A stretch of DNA of 64,000 nt from positions 21,514,001 through 21,578,000 of the forward strand of contig JBHGNT010000001.1 of NCBI GenBank assembly GCA_043228905.1. The letters are read 5' to 3'. Positions 52,828 through 64,000 of the stretch are shown here, piece by piece (the stretch's first letter is position 1; each line of letters begins with the position of its first letter). Made by a program: the position numbers and the translations under genes. Source of the stretch: Azolla caroliniana. Lineage: Eukaryota; Plantae; Polypodiophyta. A model generated the notes under the pieces. It had not been told where the DNA came from. It did not search any database and saw only the letters and a program-made list of their open reading frames with translations.

Positions 52828-55800
52828 TGTTGAGAGACAAGCTCAACATTGGGTGTGCAAACAGGTACGTAACCTAGTACGTAGACTAGGTGCGTAAAAC
52901 TGTATGCAAAATATGGTCATGGCGGTATTTAAACCTAAAGGCCGTTAGAACGTTATTCCTCGTAAGGAATAGTTTTGGGAGCGGTCAAGTATTGTTAGTA
53001 ATTGTGTTAGCTCGATAGTCAGGGCTTGTATAAAAGGTGCTCATTGAGCACGAAATATGTGCAGAGAACATACAGAGAATTATTTTGAATATAGTTTGTA
53101 GTTTCTGTTCTCTCTCTCTCTCTCTCTTTCTTTGTGATTTCTGTGTTTCACCGAACTATCATACAACCAAATCGTGTACTCTGTGTTTTTATGCATACAC
53201 TTCTGCACACGTATTCTTTACATGGTATCCGAGCGCGAGGGTTGAGACTCCTCTGCAGACGACAGAAATGCTTGCGATAAAGACAGAGCTAAGTTATTGT
53301 TTTTTGGAAAGGTTAAGACATCAATATGGATAGAGAAATGGGAAGCTCGCTACCGATTGAGAAGCTCGACAAGAGTAACTATGCATCTTGGTCGTACAAG
53401 ATGCACTAGTACCTGTTTGGTCATGGCTACTGGATTTATGTCGATGGAGCTAATGATGCAACACCCGAATCGACACACAAAGACTTTTCGGCTTGGGAAC
53501 AAGCGGGAAGCAGAGTTCTTTACTGCTTCGCATCCTGTGTGAGGGACCAGCTCTTGAGCTACATTCGGGATGCTAAGACGCCTAAGGACGTCTGAGCGAA
53601 TCTCAAGAGAATTTTCGCCGCTAGCACCACGGCCATGCCGCTACAGGTCAGGTAGGAGCTCAACAATGTCCGATAGAAAGATCTTTCTATTGCCGATTAC
53701 AGGGCCCGAATCAAGGAGATCTACGACTCTCTCGCCTCCGTCAACGTGAACATCGAGGAGGACGAAATGGTGCAGATTTGTCTTGGTGGGTTAACATCAA
53801 AGTTCAGAGCGTTCTGGACGACGATCTGCAGAAGGGAGATTACGCCTTCGTTCTTTGAGCTTCAATCGATGTTGCTTGTGGAGGAAAATCATGTAGGTGC
53901 GTCAATGAGTATACACACCGACAACAAGATGTTGTACACGGATGAAGATAGGCCCCGTAGTCGTGGCGGACAAGGCGGATCGACGCGCAATGGAGGCGGT
54001 CGAAAAGAGCAGAACGTGCGGCATAATCGAAATGCCGGAAGCAACTCCGAACCCTCCGGATGTAGGGGGAGTCACACCGGTGCTGGAAGCCGGCAAGAGA
54101 AGAAGAGAAGACGGAATGTTGGTACTGTGGCAAGAAAGGCCACAGGGAGAGTGAGTGTTGGAAGAAGAGAGCCGATTCGGAAAAAGCGGAACGTGCGGCA
54201 TAATTGAAATGCCGGAAGCAACTCCGAACCCTCCGGGAGTAGGGGGAGTCACACCGGTGCCGGAAGTCGGCAAGAGAAGAAGAGAAGACGGAATGTTGGT
54301 ACTGTGGAAAAAAAGGCCACAGGGAGAGCGAGTGTTGGAAGAAGAGAGCCGATTCAGAAAAAGCTGAATTGAGCGAAAGAGACACAGGAAGGCGTCAGAA
54401 ATCACACTACGCCGAAGGCTTTGAATGAGCCGGAAATGGATCGAGCCCAACCTTCGTGATGAAGCACAAGGCCAATTCGATGGCTGTGAATACCTCGAAA
54501 TCGAGCAAGGTGTGGTATGTTGATTCCGGAGTGTAAAATCATATGATGAGTCATGAGGAATGGTTCTCATATTTGGAGAAACCGGAAAAGCAAGGAGTGG
54601 TTGAAATGGGAGACGACACTCCGCATACCATCGAACATGTCGAAGAAGTTCCTCTTAGCCACGTTGTCGTGAAGATCCGTCACTATGTGCGGATCGTGAG
54701 GTTTTGGACCGGAAGGATTCGAAGTTTTCACTAGCTTTAGCGAGAAAGTATTTAAGATAGATTGAGAAAGATTGATATGACGAAAGAGAGATATTGAGAT
54801 TAAGATTCCAATTTTAAAACAGATTGAGAAAGATTGAAATGGAGAGAGAGAGTAAGATTGAACATTTAACTTTTAGATTTAAGAGAGAAGATACATCAAC
54901 AATAGTATTACAAGTTTCTTCATTTTCCCAAATTTTTCATTAGTTTCTCTTGCTTGATTCCTCCACCCTTTTATAGATGCCCCCATGCATATGGTGCATG
55001 TGAGCGTGCAAGACATGCCCGTAATGCATGCATGCTTGCCATGTCATCATCTAAGATCTCATGTATGAGAATTTACATGTAGAAGTACAATGATACAAAT
55101 ATAGGTTATAAGGAAATGACTTGGCTCGCCGGCTCCGTCTGGTTCCGGTCAGCAAAAACCTTAACAAGTAGTTAAGTCACACCCATTCATCCAATTAATT
55201 TAGCTCAAGTCACCTTGAACATTCTATGATCCACTCATAGACACAAAGTAATAGATTTTGGCCCTGGTTATATACTCTGGGATCCTTATTTATCCTGTCT
55301 ATGTGGGATATCTCATGGTTTTGTTTTCTTCTTCTTCTTCTTCTTCTCAAACTTCACATTCACATAACTTGACATTTAGTTGTCCGTTTCAAATGTACTA
55401 AAGTACATTCGGAAGCTCTTGAAGACCTCCATCTTTTTGTACCAAGATATTAAACTAGTATAAAATAGTATCTTCACTATTGTTGTTTTATGTTGTGTGT
55501 GACGAACCACACTCGATTTTGTACATTCCTCACAATGTTTACACCGTTGCCGAAAATCTTCACGACAACGTCGGGCAGAAAGGGAAACTTATGAACGTGT
55601 TGCACGTCCCGAAAATAACCAAGAACCTGGTGTCGGTCGGATAGAACGTCGACCAGGGGTTGCAAGTTCGATTCACTCACCTCAGGTGCTACATTGAAGA
55701 GGAAGGCAAAGTTATTGTGCAAGGGCGCCGTGAAGGGAGGATGTTTATCCTCGACACCAATCAAGCGAGAACTGCGTTGTTTGCGAAAGGACAGAAGGTC

Positions 55801-57235
55801 GAGTCAAACATCGACCTATGGCACAAGCGGTTCAGCCACATTAACTTCCCACGACTTCATGAAATGCGGACGAAGAACATTGTTTTCGGCTTGCCGAAAT
55901 GTCGGGGCCGTAATGGCCAAGTCTGTCAAGCCTGCCAACTTGGGAAGTAGCACTGACTTCCATTCCCCAATTAGCATAATCGTAGTCGAAATCCGTTGGA
56001 TTTGATCCATTCGAATGTGTGGGGACCGGCACAGAACGTGAGTCTTGGTGGAAGCCGTTATTGCATAACCTTCATCGAGGACTTCACTCAGCATACTTGG
56101 GCATGCTTGATCACGAAAAAGAGCGAAGTCTTCGCGTGGTTCCAAAAGGTGAAAAACCTTGTAGAAAGGGAAACGGGAGCATGTCCTTTCTGGTGAGGTC
56201 GAATTGGCGTGTGTTCCGACGGGTCAACAGGTTGCCGACATCTTCACCAAGCCCCTTGGTCTTGACAAGTTACGACATTTCTCGGGTTAGCTCGGGTTGC
56301 GTACCTTGACACACTGAACTTGAGGGGGAGATAGGAACAAGAACAAGAGCGTGAAAGGAGCGGTAGTGACCGCGATTCCGAATTAGATGAAGAATTCAAT
56401 TTCGGGCCTGCTGAAGAAGCCGAAGAAGAAAACAAGGGTCATAATCAAAAGGAAGAGTTGAAGACAACCGAACAAAAAGGAAATACAGCCAAGAAGGGCG
56501 TAAAGGCCAAGACCAAAACGTGGTCTGATGCTATTAAGGGCCTAAAAACAGAAGACAAATTGGAGACTGCCAATTCAGGAGAAAGAGGAATTAAATCGGA
56601 AATGACCGATTTAATCGAAATGTTCGATTCAGACATTACGAATCGACTGAGCGCCAAGCGGAGAAAAGGGCAACCGAAGAGGCGCCAACACCGCGACAGC
56701 AAGGGAGCTTAGAAAGGCCGCATGAGTAGACAAGCCGACCGGAAGGGTCGAAGCGCGCGGAATTAGACGAGTCGATGGAACCTCAAGTTGAGCTTGAGGG
56801 GGTGTGTTGAGAGACAAGCTCAACATTGGGTGCATAAACGGGTACGTAACCCAATACGTAGACTGGGTGCATAAAACCGTACACAAAATATGGTTGTGGC
56901 GGTATTTAAACCTAAAGGCCGTTAGAACGTTATTCCTCATAAGGAATAGTTTTGGGAGTTAGTGTAGAAGGCTCACTTATGAGCGGTCAGCTACTGTCAG
57001 TACTTGTGTCAGTCCGATAGTCAAGGCTTGTAAAAAAGGTGCTCATTGAGCACTAAATATGTACAGAGAACATATAGAGAATTATTTTGAATATAGTTTG
57101 TAGTTTCTGCTCTCTATCTCTGTCTCTGTCTCTCCTTCTCTTTCTTTGTGATTCTGTGTTTCACCGAACTATCGTACTACCGAACCATGTACTCTGTGTT
57201 TTTATGCATACGCTTCTGCACACGTATTCTTTACA
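52828..57235 (+). mobile_element. Ty1/Copia element E, internally deleted, inserted in the 5' LTR of D
   Basis: LTRs 52828-53222 and 56805-57235; PBS tggtatccgagc; TSD aactc/aactg. Gag-PR-INT N-part is joined to the RNase H end near 56180. Confidence 0.92.
54665..55567. mobile_element. Solo LTR inserted in the protease region of Copia E
   Basis: Terminal inverted 12-mer tgtcgtgaagat/atcttcacgaca; exact 4-bp TSD acgt. The empty site matches Copia F near 62955-62980. Confidence 0.8.
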
Positions 57236-57343
57236 AACTGCAACTATCACTATGAGAGAGGAATGGTAAAATGGGAGACGCAGAGGCAACGACCTCAAGC
57301 TCTGTCTTCGTCAACCGGCGGTTACAATAGAAAATACTTTCTA

Positions 57344-57374
<31 letters not shown>

Positions 57375-58654
57375 ACAACAATACAACAACTACTGCAATC
57401 ACACTTCGAACAATGTCGCCCTAGTTATGTTTATACATATATAACTTTAGGGGATATTTACAAAAGAGGCCTCAATGGCCCATAAGAAACATTTTTACAA
57501 ATCTGTCTTTCTTCAATATTCATACTGGATCCGGTTGAACTCCTTCTGGTTCCATCCGGTCCAACTTCCGAATATCCCTCCAGATCCTCCGATGCAGGTC
57601 GACCAATATTCATCCAGAGGGACCGATATCTCAACAAGTTGGTGTTGAAACTTACTTGCATTTGAGGGAATTGATTTGTTAGCTTGTCAAGTCGTCGGTT
57701 TAGTTGTTCGGGGAAACTTCGACAATTCTTGGATTATCTACATCTCACATCATTGGTATACTAGCTTGATTAGCTATATTGGAATTAAAGATATTTGGGA
57801 AAACCTATCCTCCATGTACAATAGAGGATAAATGTGGAGTGTTTAGAGTCGGCACCACATTCGCACTAGCTATCGCCATTGTTGTATCGACTCCCATCCG
57901 CATCACTTTTAGTTGTCTATCATAAATTTGACGCACTTGTAGAAAAGTTTGAAAATTGGTTGGATCCTTCAATTTTGCCTCTGTTGCAAAGTAAGGATTC
58001 AAGCCCGCCTTGAAGCAATCCATCTTGAACCACTCATCCTCTAGGCCTCCTCGTAGACGGATCCATGTTGACCAAAGCTCTTTGAATACCCTCTCATACT
58101 TAGAATACTCCATCAATGTTGCCATACACAATGCGAAGAGTTCCTCTCACACCTCCATCACATTACGATGTTGGATGTACTTGCTGCAAAATTGTTGAAC
58201 AAGCAGTTGGTAGTTGGTTTGTTGGTTGGGAGATAGGGATTCATACCACTCTCGGGCCCTTGAGTAGAAAGTTGCCACCAACAAGGGAAGTTTCTCTATG
58301 TCATTCACCTTCCCAATTGAAATTGCGTGATGCTCGAAGGATGCCAAAAAAGCTCCCACATCTTGAACACCATCACCTGCAAAGGAAAATTGAAAAGAAG
58401 CCATATCCACGTAATACTACGACACAAGCAATCTTCCCAAGATGTGGAAAAGATCGGCCCTCCCTGGAGCGCCAAAATGATAGTGTATAAGACAATAATA
58501 GTCATACACAATATGAGGGCTTGACCAAACCGATTAGAGAAAGTTATGAATTATAATAGATTATAGAGACCAAGGTGGCTACGAATTAGGGAGAGAGACT
58601 CAAGAAATTAAAGGGAATAAGAGACTAAGGATCATATAAACGTATATATAGCAA

Positions 58655-58907
58655 GATTGTTGTCGTAGATCAATACCCAATCTCCTTCTTCGATCTTCTT
58701 GGGACGCAGTTGATGCATCTTGTCGAACCGAATTTTGTTCTTCACTCGGGCTGCCTCCATCATCTTTCGCGCTTTTTCTAGATCTTCAGGTCTCCTTGCA
58801 AGTTGTCTTATCTGTGCCGCTAATAATTCTTCTCGGCTCATCTCGTTCTCCCATGGTATCGCTACCCATGAGTCGATCGTCCTTTCGATGGGCATTACCG
58901 GCTTTTG
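58655..58907 (-). pseudogene. Gypsy integrase C-terminal fragment of another family
   Basis: QKPVMPIE...NKIRFDKMHQLRPKKIEEGDWVLIYD resembles the post-core integrase region. Confidence 0.6.
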
Positions 58908-61900
58908 TGTAGAAAGTAGCGTGCGGAAGCAAGTATGAAGACAGAACAGAGGAAGGAAACTCAGGTTCAATGGAGAACTTAGGCTTACACGGTATACGCG
59001 GGAGAGACAGACAGAGAAACACAAAAAACTATATTCAACAATAATACTCAATCTCTGTATGTAAGACGTGCTCAGTGAGCACTTTTATACAAGTCCTAAA
59101 AGGACTGACCGAAGTACTGACAATACTTCAATGCTCATCAAGAGCTCCTACACTAACTCCCAAATATATTCCTCACGGAATATCTTTCCTAACGGCCTCC
59201 CGGTGTACGCACTCGGCCTAACCGATCGGTCCCAACCGATCTGGTCCTCGGCTTCTTGAGCCGATCTGGCCGATGTTGAGCTTGTCTCTCAACACTCCCC
59301 CTCAACCTCAACTCGAGGCTCTTCGGGATCCTCGGGCTCACAGCTCCGGTTCCTCCTGGCTTCACGCCTCGCTCGCGCTTCTTGACCTGTTCGACTCCGC
59401 GCGCTTCGACCCTTCCGGTCGGCTTGTCTGCTTATGTGGCCCTCATCAGCTCTTCTGAGGTTGCAGTGTTGACGCTTCTTCTGCTGCCTTTTCTTCCGCT
59501 TGGGCCTCGGTTGATTCAGCGTGTCTGAATCAAACATCCGAACCGACTCGGCTACCTCCGATTGGTTTTCGCTCTCGTCCGAGTTGGTTGTCTCCAACTC
59601 GTCTTTGGTCTTCTTGCCCTCGATGGCGTCATCCTCCTCATGCGTGGTTGGCTTCGGCTCTCTCCTTCGGTTGCTCCCCTTCTGTCCTCTTCCAAGCTTT
59701 TCCGCGGGTCCGCCCTCGGCTTCTTCAGCCGATCCGTCTTCAACCGAGTCAACAAACGAGTCAACTGACTCGGTGTCATGGTCACTGCTCCTTTCCTGCT
59801 GCCTTGCTTGGTCGTTCAGGACTGTTCTCCCCCTCAAGTTCGGCACGTCGAGGTGACGCAACCCGAGCGCACCTGAGAATTGCCGCAACTTGTCCAGACC
59901 AAGCGGCTTGGTGAAGATGTCGGCAGTCTGCCGATCCGTCAGAACGTACTGAAGTTCGACTTCTCCGGAAAGGACATGCTCACGGACGAAATGGTAATGC
60001 ACCTCAATGTGCTTGGTCCGTGCGTGGAAAACGGGGTTCTTCGCGAGTTGGATGCTGCTGAGGTTGTCGCAGTAGATCCTCGTTGGATCTAACACCTCCT
60101 CTTGCAGGTCTTTAAGTAGCCGCTTCAACCATATGGCTTCGCATGTCGCGACAGCCGCTCCTCGGTACTCAGCTTCGGTGCTCGACAGTGCGACTGTCGG
60201 CTGCTTCTTACTTCTCCACGCTATCGCGGCACTCTCGAGGGAGAACGCGTATCCGGACATGGATCAGCGATCAGCGGTGTTGCCAGCCCAATCAGCATCG
60301 GTGTAGCCGACTAGCCGCGCGGCTGCACCGGTCCGATATAGCAGTCCCCGGTCCTTAGTGTCGTCGACATACCGAAGTATGCATTGCGCACACTGAAGGT
60401 GCTCCTCGGTAGGTCGCGCCATGAACTGACTGATCACCCCGACCGGATAACTGAGGTCGGGTCGGGTGATGGTCAAGTATATGAGGCTTCCGACAATTTG
60501 TCGGAACCTCGTTGGGTCACATACCTTTCCCGTATCGGGACGAAGCTTCACGGTTCTATCCAGAGGAGTCGAGACGGACTTACAGTCGACCATCCCGAAT
60601 TTGAAGAGCATACTTAGCACGTAATGACGTTGGCTGATCAATATGCCTTCGGGGGTATGGATCACTTCGATCCCGAGGAAGTAATGAAGGTCCCCTAGAT
60701 CCTTAATGTCGAACGATGCCGCAAGCTGGAGCTTCACGCGGTCAATTTCACCTAGGTCGGCGCGGGTGATGACCAAGTCATCAACATACAATAAAATACT
60801 AACCGGTCCGAGTCGACCTTTCCGGGTGAACAGGGAAGAGTCCGACTTTGACGTGACGAAGCCCATCCGACGCAGTTGTTGCGTGATCTTCGCGTTCCAG
60901 GCACGCGGGGCTTGCTTCAGTCCGTAAAGAGACTTCTTCAGTCGGCATACTGTCGAGGAGTTCGTTCCGGAGTGAAATCTAGGGGGCTGTACCATGTACA
61001 CCTATTCCTCAAGGTCACCTTGCAGGAACGCATTCTTTACATCCATCTGATGCAGGTGCCACCCCTTCGCCGCAGCTACAGCCAGCAAAACACGGACGGT
61101 CGTCATTTTCGCGACCGGCGCAAACGTCTCATCGTAGTCGATGCCATGTTTCTGCGCGTAGCCCTTTGGCACTAGCCGAGCCTTGTATCGATTGACCGAG
61201 CCATCGGTGTTGTACTTGACCTTGTACACCCATCTACACCCGATCGGCTTCACACCCTTCGGTGCATCAACCAGGTTCCAGGTCTCGTTCTCCGCCAATG
61301 CGTGCATCTCTTCCTCTATCGTGGCACGCCAATTTGCGTCTTTAGCCGCTTCTGCATAGCTCTCCGGCTCACACACTTCCGCTACACGGGTCATGTATGC
61401 ATAATGATGCGCCATGTACTCGTTGTATCTGAACCGCACAACTGGGTTCTTTTGGCGGGTAGATCGGCGTAATCTCACATTAGCCGATGTCGAGGCCTTC
61501 TCGGTCGACGCGGTCTTCACCTTTAAAGACCCGTCACCGGTTCCCTCGGAGTCAGACTCGCGTCGGTCAGACTCGTTCCTTTCCGTGCCGGAATCCGACA
61601 CCTTCTTCTTCCCTTTCTCTTTGCGCGTAAGCCGTCTCCTCGGCTTCCTGCGCGGGGAATGCACGGCCGAGTCTCCACTACTCACCGGCTCTTCATCGGA
61701 CTGGTCGTACCGACTCAGTCGTCCAATCGGTCCGCTTAATCGGAGTGAAATCGGACTCTCTTCGCGGGTCTCGATTTTGGGCACATCCGGAGGCATCTCG
61801 GCCTTGCTGACCTCATCGTCAGAACTTGGATTGGACTCGGGGTTCGGAGTCGTGGGCTTGTACCAGGACGCGGACTCGTCAACCACAACGTCGCGGCTAA

Positions 61901-64000
61901 CACGCGCTTTTTTGGTGTGAGGGTTATAGCACTTATAACCCTTCTGCTTGTCCGAGTAACCGACCAAGATGCATTTCTCGGCCTTTGCGTCTAGCTTCCT
62001 CCTTTTCTCCTTCGGTACATGCACATACGCAATGCTACCGAACACCCTCAAGTGTCGTAAGTTCGGCTTCGTTCCGAAATATAGCTCGTGCGCTGACACT
62101 TTGTCTCCAATCCGGTTCTGGATGTATACCGCGGTCCTTACCGCCTCGGCCCAGTAGAACTTGGGCAAGCTCTTCTCCTCCATCATTGCCCGTGCCGCTT
62201 CCACAATCGACCGATTCTTCCTCTCGGCCACGCCGTTCTGCTCCGGCGTGTATCTGAAATTGAATTCGCGGTGAATTCCCATTTGTTGTAGATAACCGTT
62301 GAATTGACCGGAAAAGTACTCTTTCCCGCAATCCAACTGCAGGCACCTGATCTTTCGTCCCGTTTCGGCTTCCACGAACCCTTTGAGGTCCCGAAAACAG
62401 TCGAAGACTTCGCTCTTCCTCTCAATGAGGTAGATCCACGTGTGCCATGTGTGGTCGTCGATGAAGGAGACGAAATATCGGCTCCCGCCAAGACTAACGT
62501 TTTGTGCCGGCCCCCACACATTCGAGTGTATAAGGTCGAGCTTGTTCCGGCTCCGGTTTCGCTCGTTGGGGAAAGGAAGTCGGTGTTGCTTCCCGAGCTG
62601 GCAGGCTTCACAAATTTGTGCCTTTCGGCCACTAAACTTGGGCAAACCGAACACTACCTGTTTCGTTTGCAGATTTTGAAGCTGCTGGTAGTTGACGTGG
62701 CCTATCCGCTTGTGCCACAAGTCGATGTCCGACTCGGCTTTTTGTCCCTTTGCGAACATTGCGGTGCCGCCGTCAGTGGAATCGAGGATGAACATCCTCC
62801 CATCTCTGCGTCCTTGCGCAATCACACGGCCTTCTTCCTCAATGAAGCACCCGAGGTGTGTAAACCGAACATCCATCCCTTGGTCGACGATCTGTCCGAC
62901 CGAGACCAAGTTCTTCGTGATTGTCGGAACGTGCAACACGCTCTTGAGTTTCCCTTTTTGCCCGACATGGCTAAGGGGAACTTCTCCGACATTCGCGATC
63001 GGATGCGGAGTGTCGTCTCCTGTTGCGACTACTCCCGGTTGTATCGGTTTTTCAAGGTATGAGAACTACTCCTTATGGCTCGTCATGTGGTTTGACGCAC
63101 CGGAGTCTACGTACCACACCTCGTCCGATCTCGGGGTGGTCCGTTTCATTGAGTTTGCGTCGTGTTTCGTCACGAAGACAGACCCTTCTCCGGCTCTCCC
63201 GGAGTCTTCGGCGTAGTGCGATCACTGCCGATTTCCCTTGTCGGTATGTCTGGAGCCGTTCCCGGAACCAGTTCTCTCCGAATCGGCGCGCTTCTTCCAA
63301 CACTCACTTTCCCTGTGGCCTTTCTTGCCACAGTACCAGCACTCCGCGATGAACTTCCCTTGCCGGTTCTCATCGCTTCGACTCCCCCTGTTTCCGGAGG
63401 GTCCGGAGTTGCTGTCGGCATCACTTCGATGCCTTCTTTCTTGATCTCGTCGGCCGCCTCCATTGCGTGCCGACTCGCCTCGTCCTCCACGTCCACGGGG
63501 CCTATCTCCCTCCGTATACAGCATTCTGCTGTCGGTGTGCATGCTCGTCGACGCACCCACGTGGTTCTCCTCTACCAGGAGCATCGACTGTAAGTCGAAA
63601 AAGGACGGCGTATTCTCCCGGGTACACACAGCCGTTCGGAACGCTCCGAACTTCGACGCCAAACCTCCGAGACAGATCTGGACCATCTCGCTCTCCTCGA
63701 TGTTCACCTCTATGGAGGCAAGGGAGTCGTAGATATCCTTGATCTTCGAGGTATAGTTCGCCACGGACAAGTCGCGTTGTCGTAGGTTGCTCAACTCTTG
63801 TCGGAGCTGAAGCTTCCTGGCTATGGTGCTTGCGGCGAAAATCTTCTTCAGATTTTCCGACGCACCCTTCGGCGTCTTTGCATCCCGAACATAGCTCAAT
63901 AGTTGTTCGCCCACACACGACGCGAAGCAGTATAGTACCCTGCTCGCTGATTGCTCCCACGACGGGAAGTCTTTGTGTGACGACTTGGGTGCCGCGTCAT
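58908..64000 (-). mobile_element. Ty1/Copia element F (same family as E), runs off the window end
   Basis: 3' LTR 58908-59294, PPT gagggggag. Gag CWYCGKKGHRESEC, PR WYVDSGASNHM, INT, RT LYVDDL and RH ADIFTKPL, with a few stops and one frameshift. Confidence 0.95.

Larger units (their letters stand above)
47933..57636 (-). mobile_element. Ty1/Copia element D (Tnt1-like), defective
   Basis: LTRs 47933-48459 and 52680-57636 (the latter interrupted by E). PBS tggtatcagagcc (iMet) 52664-52676, PPT aagggggaga, TSD ggttg/agttg. Coding remnants 48454-52634 (YVDDML, ALSTTEVEY) with an INT-RT deletion near 50925. Confidence 0.92.
45513..58650 (-). mobile_element. Degenerate Tat-lineage Gypsy remnant (gag 57805-58410; PR/RT/RH/aRH 45513-47700), split by Copia D
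   Basis: RT (WVSPVVVVPKKNG, FIDDFAI), degenerate RH, then archaeal-type RNase H (TNNETEY, IIKGGSLLIVKQ). PBS-like tggcgctccagggagg at 58459-58474 lies next to an LTR stub from 58478. Confidence 0.75.

Noticed and set aside
9031-63960. Numerous antisense and overlapping ORFs in retroelements
   Set aside because: Shadow frames of GC-rich coding DNA without domain motifs.

Overview
Land-plant nuclear DNA; the transposon repertoire suggests a non-seed plant, but that is inference. One intact host gene is present: a 6-exon ZUP1/ZUFSP-like peptidase C78 deubiquitinase (2721-6807, minus, 501 aa) with an NBR1-type ZZ finger inserted in its catalytic domain. The remaining ~57 kb is a nested transposon pile. 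It holds a 15-kb Mutator element with a SWIM transposase and a Ulp1-like protease remnant, and three related Gypsy elements (A, B, C) with a large extra 3' coiled-coil ORF. It also holds a tRNA-Trp-primed non-autonomous LTR element, two solo LTRs with 4-bp CG-centred TSDs, a Tat-type remnant with archaeal-type RNase H, three Copia elements and hAT-like MITEs. The most unusual signal is that the A/B-type Gypsy elements have no polypurine tract. A conserved 16-mer, TCCCA(C/T)GGGC(G/A)TGCCA, resembling a tRNA-Arg 3' end (an inverted second primer-binding site), sits just before the 3' LTR and occurs four times next to different LTRs. This suggests tRNA-primed or tRNA-mimic-primed plus-strand synthesis. 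Coordinates were read by eye and tRNA matches are from memory, so both need computational confirmation.
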